A DNA stretch of 64,000 nt. Source: Girardia tigrina. Its lineage: Eukaryota. The notes under the pieces are model-generated. The model saw only the letters and a program-made list of their open reading frames with translations, had not been told where the DNA came from and searched no databases. Both the position numbers and the translations under genes were made by a program. The stretch lies in contig MQRK01251253.1 in assembly GCA_001938485.1 (NCBI GenBank), forward strand, positions 16,680-80,679. Reading direction: 5' to 3'. This document shows positions 13,466 to 26,278 of the stretch, piece after piece; position 1 is the stretch's first letter, and each line of letters opens with the position of its first letter.

Positions 13466-16400
13466 CTGAAAAATAAGTTTTAATAATTTGGAAAGCATTA
13501 ATCGAAATCACTTTTAAAATTTTACGAACCTCGCTGTTTTCTTTAAGAAGTAATTTACAACGTTAAAGAGAAACCCCTTTTTTGTTCATTCAGTTTATTT
13601 TTGACATTAACATTAACATATTATTATTCATCATTTCAATTTCTTTATACAAATATCGCATTGTTTTTCTGATATTTGATTTTAGAAAAAAATACTTACA
13701 AAAATATATAAAATAGAAAGAGGGTTCCTCTAAAGCTTTCAAAAGAAATAAAAACTAAAAGTAATGAGTTTTGGATTTGTTCGTGAAATATCTGGAAGCT
13801 TTGTTTGTTGTGAAAATAATTCTTGTTTTAAATCCCCGAGGGATGTTCTTTAATAATACCTTTTTAAATTCCTGAGCCCTCTCTGAGTACTGAAGTTTCA
13901 AATTTAACGGGACGAACTCGATGATTTCTGAGTTCCTTTCATTGTTTCGGATATTATCTCTGAATTTAATCAATGGAATTAATCAATAGTATTTTTATTC
14001 GGCTGTTAAAGTGTTTGAAATTGTAACCGTTATTTGCCAATCTTGATTTTAAATCTTCTATACCTTTATACATTTTCTTAAAGGTAGAGGAAATATTCCA
14101 TATTCGATTCATCGAAAATGTAATTGAAATATTAATAGTTTTATGATAAAATTTTATAAATAAATTATATTTATAATTTAAAAATAAATTAATAAAATAT
14201 AAGTTAAATTTTACAAATTAAATTAAAAAATTAATAAGTTTCTGTAACGTTTTTAGCTGCATTATTCCACTTGTTCTGAAAATCTGCAATTGTTTGTATC
14301 ATCTTGTTTGTCGTCTTTAATTGCCTTTTTACCAGGGTACAATATCTTTCGATTGGGCAAAGCTATGGACAATTTGATGGCTTTGCCTCTCTTTGCACCA
14401 AATAGACGTTATTGACCTTCGTACCACTTCTTGGCTACCTTACCATAGTGGCACTATGCCAAATCCGGCTAAAAGAAAGTAAGACCTCCTTGCTGACTTA
14501 TGAATGGTAATAAATGCTTTTGCAAGCACTCTTTCACATAGACTTTTGTGTTTATTGTACCAGATGTGACAAAGCCTTTAATCCTTTTCTCGCATCCGCA
14601 TATAGCCTGCCAAACAAGAATTTTTTTCGGAAACTTAGATTTGATCTTGCTTCTAAATTTATTTTCAATTCATCTCCTCTTATTTGCAGAGTAAAATTCT
14701 TGTCCGGGTAGGTGGAAAAACTCACAGAGCAAATAAGTCTCATCATCCATAATGCAACCTTTTTTCTTCGCAAGAAAACTAGATTTCAACTATCTGGCTC
14801 TCTGCTGCGCCTTTACGTTCTTGTTAGCGTTCCGGCCTGGTACTGTTTGACCTTTATACGTTTTTAAACCTACAGACTGTTTAATTTTTTCTCGGTACAA
14901 TTTGTCTTTATCGCCAGTTTTTGATTTGATAGAAGAGTATTTCTCTCTAACAGAGCCTTTACTTTCTTCACATTCTGTGTTCACGAAAAACCCTTTCTTC
15001 TTCCCGAACCAATTTTTCTAAAAACGTTCAAGTTCTCATTGAAGTTATTAATTACGTTAGAAACTGTTTTTCTGACAAACCTTTGCCTTTCTGGCCATTG
15101 TTTTCTGACTTGATTGTGGATTTTCTTGAAATAAACGAATAATTAATTCGCGACTTGCTGTTTCTGACGACATATTCATGAAAAATGAAATTTAAAAATG
15201 AATACTAAAATGAATTTTATTTTGATTTATTCAAACAACAACCTACTTGATTAGTGTTTTGTAATTTGTGAATTTATGTTGGAGTTATTGAGATTTAAAG
15301 TTAGCAATATTTTTCGCACTCAGTCCTTATATGGATTTCAAAGATCTAAAAATCGTAAATAATCGAAAGAAATCGAAAACAATCAATGCTAAGTTATAAC
15401 TTATCTTCATCCTTTCTCCATGAATTCTTGGTGAAAATTATAAAATCTTGTTCTGGAAATGTTGAGAAGTAATATTTCGACATTAACGTTTGTTGTGTCC
15501 TTTGAAGATTTAGTTAAATATAATTTTATTTTAACAAATAAGGAATAATTAATAGCTTACATTAAGTTTATTGGTTTTGATAGACCTGGAAATTTTTATT
15601 CACAATAAAAAGCGTCATTGAAAAAAACAACTATTACATTATTTCATTTTTATGTAAAAAATAACTTTATCTTTGCTTATCAAAATATGATTTATTTTAT
15701 TTATATTTTGCCTTGTAAGAAACTTTTACTCGTGTTATTAAAAATAATTTCTGAAGAAAATGATAAACATTAAAATTATATGCAATAGGAGATGCAGACA
15801 AATGGCGTTGAGACCTAAAGTAATATTTTGAGAATTGCAGAATTTAGAAAATTAAAGATTGAAAAAAAATGTTCATGCATAACAAAGAAACGTAGCAATC
15901 GAATTTAGATTATATCTCTAAGAGTGCTAATAAATCTTGGTACACGTACAAAAGTGTATTAAAACGAAGAAAACATTAAAAAAACATTTGGAAAAGTGCT
16001 TTTTAAAAAACTTCGACATGTTTTGATTACTTTTGAATATTATTAGCAATGATAATTGATTACTGGAAAATGTATATTCGGTTATACCGACAATGACGAA
16101 AGAGAAAACGAAGCATTACTAGCATGGCAGGCAGTTTACCATATGAAACTTATTTGTAAGGAATGTATATTATTAGTATGAATATCAAAAGATCACGAAT
16201 ATTTAAGTTAATATATTTATATATTTATTTATTTATAATATATTAATATTTAAGTTATATAAAAATAAAACATGATTGCGGAACATTCTGCATCAATAAA
16301 AAACTGTTATTTTTAAATATTCAACTCATTATTTCTTTTTTTGATCGATGTAAATAAACCAAGTTTGTCTTTAAAGGTCTGTAGTCGTGCAAAGATTGAT

Positions 16401-19400
16401 TGCTATTTGTTTAACCGCTTCTACAATTATTATTAGAATTATTATTTGAGTCTTAGAAGATTTTTGATTAAACAAATCATAATTTAGATAAGATCATTGA
16501 TGATCCTTGATTTTTGTATAAACAATATGTTCTGATGCTTGTAATTCAAATAATATAAAACGCACTGTATACATTAATAAATAAATATCTTATATATTAA
16601 TAAATGTTTGATAAATGTAATAGAGAGGAAAGTATATTGAATAGATAAATTTTCATCAACAGGGTTCCCAGTGGAAAACCAAAGTGTATTTAATTAAACT
16701 CATGATAAAGGTATACAAGTTTATATTTACACAAATAAGACCAAATGATTTTATTTATTTAATTAAGCACCCGATAAAGGCGTGATTGACTGCTACTGAT
16801 TGGTTGATATTCTCGTGACATATATTATTATATAATTTCTTTTTAGAAAATGACTCCACAATTGACTGATTTTCAACACTGTGTTATTTCTATTTTTAAG
16901 CAGAAAAACTCTACATTAGGCTTACAAAAGAGTACTGAAGTTCTACCCCAGTTTTTCGCTGATATTACTGAAAATCAGTATTATGTTGTGTGTAATAAAC
17001 TAAAGAATGTTGGTGTGGCCGCTATCCAAATGAGTAAGAAATGATTATGTAGAAAACGAAAAATTCTCTCTCCAAGTAAAAAAAGCCATGCTCAGAATGG
17101 CAGTCACTCCAGAGAACAGTCCTCACGGTCGGCACAGCAGTCAACGGCAAACCGCATTTGAATTGCATATTTCAATATTGTAAAGAAATATTCACTTGAA
17201 ATGTTATCGCAGAATCAAATGTTATAAACTGACGGCCAATCACAAACAAAACAACGCTCTTGGTCTCTTTCTTCTACGTTTTCAAAATCTATTAAAAATA
17301 TTGATACATTGAGCAAGTTATTGAATAATAAATCTAAGTCTATCATAGACAAACTCACTCGTCAGATACCCTAGATAAAATAATTGAAAAAGAAAAAATC
17401 TATAATGAATAAATTATTAGTTTAAACATTGAAAACTGTTTTACACATTGGTATACTCCAAGCTTACCTTACTCCGAGGGTTTTAAACACCTCAAGAATT
17501 CGATCTAGAAATCAACAAATAATATTTTAAATTTAAAAATTATTTTTCAATCATTTAAAGTTGAGAATATGTTTTGCAATAAATCACATAATCTTTTAGG
17601 ATTATGTTCGGACATTGTTTATCAATACACATGTAATGTGTGCAATGCCACATACATCGGAGAGACTGCCCGTTATCTCTGCAAAAGAGTCCAAGAATAT
17701 AGTCAAAAAGGAGGAAAGAGTAATATTGCTGAGCATAAAGAAACGTGAAAATGTAATATGAGCATAAATGATTTTAAGATTTTGTGAAAGCATTTTAAAA
17801 AATATTAGGAGAGAGTGTCATGTGAAGCATTGTTCATAAGATCTTGTGATCCTAAAATCAATGTTCAAACAGCACTCTCAACTAATTTGTTTAGAGTTTT
17901 CGATTAGACTTACGTAAGTGATTACATAATCATTCATTTCTTATATAAAAGCAATAAAAAAGAACATATTCAGTGATCTGATGATGACGGTTAAACCGTC
18001 GAAATATATTATCACGAAATATATTTTTAAATGGCGTTTATTTGTTTATAATAAAAAATTGCCATCTTTTTTCAAGTTTAAATAATTAATAATCATTTTA
18101 ATTTTTTTAAAAAAGTTTTGAGTAAATATTTTAAAAAAATTATTTATTTCTCCATTTGGTAAAAAAATAATAAGAATTAAGTCATTAATCAATTTAGTTT
18201 AGAATGCACTCGTAAGAAAGCTTTGACAAAGATTGTCTTAAGGACAAACAAAATTGTTGTTTAAATAAAAATATGAAAAGTCAAATTGGTGTTCTTAATA
18301 GTAACCATAATTTTTTAATGTATGATTACAGTATTAGTGGGTCGCTAACAATTATATCAGTCTCCTTTCGAAAAGAAGATCATAAAAAAACATTGTCTTA
18401 ACTCCCATAATAATTGACATCAAAATTTGTTTTTTGTTGACTTGAAAAATGGTAAAAAAAGAAGCGCATACATTCAATTCGACATTGATTCTGAAGAACA
18501 GAAAGAAGTTGGAATACCTATCTTGGACGTATTTCATTCCTAAACAAATGATCATTTAGAATACGATGAAAACTTGTTTTTGAAGTGTTCTCCACTAATT
18601 TTCTCCTCATTCTTTTTTTCAATAATTGAAATGTTCTAATGCTCTTTCATTCAAAATTACTGTTTAAGAAGATTAATAAACTAAAATAATTTTTATCCAA
18701 AAAGGAAACGTTTTTTTTCAATTTACAAAGTGAAATAGGAAGTATATATTTCCTAATAAACTTTTTTTAATTTCAAAATGTTGATGACTTTCTTTTTTTA
18801 TAAAATTTCTATTAGTTGAGGCATTTTCATACATAAGTCGCGTTACTTAACATCTTAAAAATACTTCCCTCAAGACGGAATGTCAATAGACCATGTCTCT
18901 CACAGTTTTAAAAGAAGTTTCAACATGCCTGAAAGGCTGAGAATCATTTATGTACCTTATCATTCATATTACAATTATTTTAATAGTACAAATATTGAAG
19001 TACAAAGTTTCTCATTCTTCAATGGCCATTGTTATTACAAATTATTTCTTGTCCCTAGTTATTAATTCCGAGAATAATCAAACATAACTACTATTTCGAG
19101 TTATTACCTTTTTATTGAATCTTTATTTTTTCTGGGTTTGTAAACGTTAAAATGCATAAAAAATATTAATCTAAAATTTTATATTTTGTTATAAATAATT
19201 ATACATACATCTTTCTTTTAAACAAGTAATAAAATATATAATTTAATGTTTGCTAGAAAATAATCATATAAATAATATAATTTATTAATTTCATCGGCCG
19301 AAACGGAGAAACATGTTTTCTAATTGAATATATTTTAAAACAAATTAGTTAAAAAAACATTTATTTAACAATCAATTATTAACATATATATTTAAAATGT

Positions 19401-22400
19401 AAAAATAATATTATTAAATGCATTTTATTTTCCATTTGAGATTTCCCATTATACAAATCGAGGGGCACTCAGAGTAAAATGCATTTAAACAATTAACCTT
19501 ATATTGCATATAAAGAATGATAAAGAATGATAAAGAATGATAAAGTTGTTATGACAATTAAAACAATTAATGATATTGAAATAAACAACATTGAACAAAT
19601 GTAAACATTAAGACTTTATTCTTATTATTATTTCATTATACTACGTATTTTATTATGTATTATGACTTTTGTTTGGTTTTTTCTTTGAATTAAAATTTTT
19701 TATATTATTTGGTTGTCAATTACGAAATTTGAAGAACTAAAGTCAGAGCTAAAAGATAATTACGTATACAAATATTTGTTTCATTCATCAAAGTATGCAC
19801 CCATATTATCGATACACTTTTGTCATTTGAGTGGAAGCTAGTTGAGGCCATTTGAATAAAAATCTGGAGAGTGAAAATCTATAAATTCCTAGAAAGCAAT
19901 TTCTACGGCATCATCAGAATTGACTTTGTTTCTTATTCAGCTTTTGTTCATATTTATGAAGAAATGTTTGTCATTTTGAGGCTAGGTTTGGTGAATAAGG
20001 AGAATGAAGTAGAAGTTCACAATTCCGGTTAGATTTTTCATGTTCTTAAGGGTAGTATGGGGTTTTCATTGTCGTGATCAAGATTGTAGTCTTAAGTATC
20101 ATCAAGCAAGCAGCTAAATGCTTTTTTTCTGCTTTTCATTCAATTTCAGGGAAATTTCTTTATCAAACTATTTTGCATTACCGATTTTAACTTAGTGATT
20201 CAATATTGTTTTCTTTGTAACACCAAATGTACGAAATAAATAATGAACACTTTGTTATAGATCCTTTACCGTAGTTAACTTCAGTTTTTCGTTTTTTTCT
20301 TGCATTATAGACAACCCCGAATCTCATTATTGAGTTTAAAATTACGTTTCACGAATTTACTGAACCGAATTGAGAATGTCTGCTGCGTAGTAGCATTGTA
20401 TTCGAATACACTATTGATGTTTCCAATGGTTTCTGATACTGAGGTTTCACTTAAGAACTCGTACTTCATAATAGTTCGAATTTCCGCCTTTTCCATTTTG
20501 CAAAATACTGATTATTAAAAAACGTTATCAATAATTTTAATAAATTTTTATTGATGTGTCTAATAGCCAAGATATGTGCCAATCAAACAAAAAACGGAGC
20601 AACAGAATGTTAAGTCATTTTCAAATTATAACTATTTGAATTTATTGTAATCATGCCTGTAAATCTCATACTTAACAACCTAATATAAAAGAAGAAATAT
20701 TGATTTATACCATAATATAATAGAAATAAAATATAAATTTACCAATCAAAAGTGTTGCAATTGTTTTAATCGGTTTATTTGGTAAAATATTTGGAATAAA
20801 CCAATCTTTCCATTTCGTAATGAATTGCTCCATAATTACTGCCGGTGGTCTGTCTTCTAAAGAATAAAGAATTAAAGAATAAAGAAAGAATAAAGAATAA
20901 AGAAATTAAATTATCATCTCTTTAACAAAATTTATATAATCACTATGTTTCGCGTAATAAAATGAAAAAAAACATATGTAATTTGCAAAAACTTTTTATA
21001 TCGCATTCTTTTTACTAGTGAATCTCCTTTGGTCTTAATGTCATTTACAATAAGTAAAATGGTCATGTTATGTTTTCAAAGTAACTTTCTCATAAAACAT
21101 GTATGGAAATGGAAATGTCTTGTCTGATCATTGCACTTAACTTTTAAATAAAAAAATCTTTTAAGTTAAAAGAACATTCTCCTGTTCTATCTTATAAAAA
21201 GATGTTACGACGCGTAATATTGCCCATTGAAATATATTACTCTCATATTAGTCTCATTAGCCAGATTATTCAGTTAACTTAACACTACCTGATTTTGGAC
21301 TTGAGACTTACCTAAAAAGTATGAACTCAAAAATTTTAAATTAATAAAAGAACTTAAAATGGAATTATAGATGAATATAAATAATTGTTAGAAGAAATAG
21401 ATGAACTTAGTATTAGATGAACTTAGTGATGAACTTAGTGGAAATATTTAATATTTTAAAAGAGCAAATCTCAAATGTTTATAAAAATTTTTTATAGATT
21501 TACATCTATAGAAATGGTTTTAATTACTTTAAAAATTCTCTTACACAAATAATTTTTGGACACATAATACAATTTGAATGTGTCTTGTTAAGAGAACTCA
21601 CACATTTGTTACAACATTTATTACAATCACAGTGTGGATCATCTTAATGACAATCCGTAATAGTGCTTTTACTCAAATTCATCGATCGATGTTTAATAAT
21701 TTTCATCCCAAAATCTTGAACCTAAATATTCTTTTAAAGATTTTAACAATTTATGTAAATCTCCATTTGCTCAGATTATAAGATTGATTAAGTCATTAAT
21801 TAATTAGACCGAATCTTACGAAAGCATTGGCATAGATTGTCCTGTGGACAATCAAACTTTTAATATTAATAAAAATAAAGTTACTTAAGGTTGATAGAAA
21901 ATAAAGTTTTATTCGTTTTATGCTTGAAATATGTTCTATTTTCTCTTTAACTATTCTATCCTTTCTTTAGATGATTTCGGCGTTTGATACTTCTTTGATT
22001 CAGATTATTTTGGCAAAAGACGATCTTCAATGATCAGTTATAAAATAAAATATTCTCTGATGAAATTATTTTCTTTGGTAATTTGTAGTTAAAAATAATA
22101 ATTCTTGGATCTAAGTAAGCCAAATTAATTTATTAATCTAATCCAATATTTATGATCGTTTTAACGATCGGTTTTTTAATTTATAATTGCCCTAGGCAAT
22201 CTGGTAATTATTATTAGTATTTCGGGATAATTAAAGATAATGGGGGAATTTCTTTTCTCTCGTTTTTTTCTTTCTTTTTTTGATGAAATTAAATTTTATT
22301 CTTTTGTTCTTGGTTTTTTTTCTTTGTAAAATTTTGTGGTTGGCGTTCATAATTACTCATAAAATATAAAAAAATAAATAAATAAGTACTCAACACAAAA

Positions 22401-24624
22401 TAAATAAATAGATACACGACACAAAAATTATAATTCAATATGACTTATCATCTGTTACACATGAAAAGATAAAAGAGACATAGTTTTTTTAAATAGATTG
22501 TTGATAAGTCATAACATTGGTGTTCTTAAAAAATATAACTTAATAATTAAAATATTAATCAGCCATCTGAGTATGAGAGACACAATTCCAAATCAACACT
22601 CAACATTTTATATACTCCTCATAAAGATTCTCTTCAAATGCCTTTGACCATGCTCAATTTATCTCATTGTAGACGAATATATACCCAAAATATTAAAATC
22701 TTTTTAAAATAAAGTTCTCCTTACTTCACGAAATAAAACATTTTCAAAATATTCAAGAAATAAAAACAAAAAATGCATTACTCTTTGGTGAAGAGGAAGA
22801 ATGAAAATAATTTGTCCTGCAAAAGATTAAGGTTGAAAGTCTGTAACGATTAATTACTTTGATTATTAACAAAAAGAAATTACGTTTTAATTGTAATTAT
22901 AAATTATATTTTGCGTCATTGAAATTGCGGCAGCTAAAAATAATTATTATAATAATACTCTTTTTTTCAATTTAAACAAATATTTTTTTGTTTATCTGAA
23001 TTATTTTTATTTCCTTCAATTTAACGGTTTTTGCTTTATTCATTAAAACAAATTTAAATTTTAAATCTAAACATGATTATTTTTTTAATTAAAAGTTTTA
23101 GATTAATTTCAATATTTGTTTTCTATTAATAAACTATAATAAATATTTTTTTTATTTTATTTGTTGATTGTTTTTAACTTTTTTTTTCTATGTAATTTGA
23201 TTTTAAAAATTTATTGTTAATAAAATATTTATATTTTCAATATCCTTTGCATTATATTTTTTTATAAATTTAATTTTAAAATGAGTAAGACTTTAATAAA
23301 TAAGTATAATCATACCAAAAAAAATTTTGGTGTACAAGCTTTTATAATTTGTCACATATTTGCGGTTCTGTATCTATTTCGCCCACTTCCCACATTTTTT
23401 GACTGAATTATCGAAGCCTACTAGGCGAAAACCCGCTTTCTATTTCCATTTAGATGTAGCAAATTTCAAAACCTACTACTGAGGAAAACATGAGAACGAC
23501 ACTTTAATTACTTTTTGTGGTCAAACTAAAGGCGGCAGATGAGCAGTGACAGTGAAAAAGTGTATTGTCACCTAAAATACATCAGTCCTGAAATTTTCAT
23601 GTCGTTAGGTAAACGGGAAGTGGGTGAATTTTAGATCGCAAGATTTGATGCATCCAGACAGACAAACAAATGAAACGTAATAAAAGTTTGTAAAAAAACA
23701 TCTGAAAGACGTTTTTACGTAGGTTGACTTGTCATTCTTGAAGTAATTTTTATTAGAATATTCAAGGACTCACCAAGTTTAAAGTCATTTGAAGAGGCTT
23801 CAAAAATGAATAAACAAAAGAAAGCAATAATAAATTAATAAATAAATTAAAATAGTCTGAGAAGAATTAAAGCTAAAATAATCAGAAACTGTATTATCAT
23901 TATTTCATTTTAATTAATAATAAATTGTTTTTCACAAAATGCTTCGTGTTTCTATAATAATAACCTGATTCTTCATTTAAGAATATTGAATTTAAAATGG
24001 CTACTGCATAAATATATGAAATTTCAGCGAAATTGTGGGTTTCCAGTAATTTAGTGAACTGAGAAAGAGAGATGGTTCTCCTTATGGCAAGAACTAACTA
24101 CCGTGGTCGTCAGTCTAAACCAATTGTCGGGGAAGTGAGATTGCTGAGAGAGTTGACCACCATGACCAGATGTTATTATGTGATTGAAATATTTGTCGTC
24201 AATTTTAAAAATATCATATATTACGAACCTCTAACTAATAAGTGTTACTTAAGAATTAAATTACAAATGAAAACTATAACAAACTGGATAATATATATAC
24301 AGTGTATAAAAATATTTATTATATGGTTTGTTTTATGACGTAAAATGAACTAAACGGCAAATACTTATCTGAATAAATTTTGTTCTTTCTCGTAAAAAAA
24401 CGAATTTAATTTACATGAAATAACGCACATTACTTTTTGCAAATCCAACATAAAGATCTTGAATTCGAAATTATTTAGCTCAACTCGTTAATTTGGCTTT
24501 TACACAAATTTAGCATAATATAGATAAAATATGGAAATGAAGCCTATTATTAATCCACGCTTTTGGTTTTTGTAGTGACCCAGTCAATTATTTAATATAA
24601 ATTATATGTCGTAAATTAAATATG

Positions 24625-24677
<53 letters not shown>

Positions 24678-26132
24678 ATATATATAAAAAATCAATCGAT
24701 AAAAACAATCATTATTATTACTGTTTACAATTATGTCATACTACCTACAAAGTATTTTCCTGCAAAATCGGTTCGTAAAGGAATTTTTTGCAAACCAATT
24801 TATCAATATTCTCCCTGAAAGTGCTCCTCTTCATATAATCTATTTCCTCAAAAATCTCATTGTGCAACCAAATGATTCTCTGACGTTTCCATCGACATTG
24901 TTACAACAGAAGATCGTTCCTTTGAAACTTTTGAACAATAAACACTAATCGATATCGAGATTTATCCATGTCGTTATCCCTCTCTCGTATGTGATTTTTT
25001 TTGTTATAAATGTTTATTTATATTGTGTAAAAATAAATATTCTATACATCTTTATTTTATCTTTATTTTTTTGTAATGTTAAAGGAGTTTACTGAAACAA
25101 GTTTTCAGTTAACTCATTTACAGTTTTCCTACAAAGCTAACCTGTAAGAACTGATCTTCTTCATTGGTTTTTTTTAGTAGTTGAGTACAACATGGCCTTT
25201 TGACCTTCCAAAATCCATAGATATGTGTCTCCGGTCTTGGGACTTTCCCACCAACACCAGGGATTTGTGTTTCTGACAACCACTTTATTGGAGCCGTTTT
25301 TGTGGGTGAACTTCTGCGAGATACCATAGAAAGAAGTTGGGCTAGTCGATGGACGATTTTGCACGCACATGCAGTTTACCTGATGTGGCTAATGGATAAT
25401 GGGATCAATGGACGTCTTAGTTCGAGCTCGACGCTCGTAATTAATATTACGGTATTTACCCATCGCTATTAAGCCTAAAGATGGTAGAAAATATCCTTAA
25501 ATATGCTAAAATTAAAATAAAACTTTATTTTATCAGTGACGTGGTTAATTATTTACAAAATAATTAAATTTTATGCTATCATTTCTTAAGTACATAACAT
25601 TATAAATGAACACAACCACCGTAAAGAGCATTTTTTACAATTTTAATTAGCAATTAGATGAGGGAAAATTTCATTTTGTATCAAGTTTTTGTTAGTTAAA
25701 AATTTATACAATAAACATGTTCATAATGCAACCAAAAAAAACTATTTTGGAGAGTAAACACTACGTTCCAGCACACACTGCGCATTTGAATCGTGGTAAA
25801 GTGTAAGAGCTGCAGTGGATCGAAGTTTTGCTATGACCTGCCGACAGCCCCGACCTTGACTCCAGCGATTTCCACCTCTTTCGGGCAATGGCGTATTTCT
25901 TTATAGGGTGCAGTTCGATTCTGTAGAAGAATTTGAACAATGGTTCCACGATTTCCTTGCTTCTAAAATGACAGAACTGTATAACCGTGGAATCGAGCAA
26001 CTAACTGAAAGATGGCTGAAGACCATCGAAAATAAAGGCCTTTTTTTGGAAGAATAAGTACGTTCTGTTGACATGCTTGGTTATCTTAAATATTTTAGTG
26101 GAAAAAAGAAAAAAACTTTTGAATCACCTTAG

Positions 26133-26189
<57 letters not shown>

Positions 26190-26239
26190 NNNNNNNNNNN
26201 NNNNNNNNNNNNNNNNNNNNNNNNNNNNNNNNNNNNNNN

Positions 26240-26278
<39 letters not shown>

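Noticed and set aside
16850-17160. Possible Tc1/mariner N-terminal HTH remnant (MTPQLTDFQ..NKLKNVG..RKRKILSP)
   Set aside because: No catalytic motifs or TIRs found; too weak to call
19510-21440. Short direct repeats (taaagaatga x3 at about 19511; gatgaacttag x3 at about 21400) as a CRISPR-like array
   Set aside because: Simple tandem slippage without unique spacers; eukaryotic context and no cas genes
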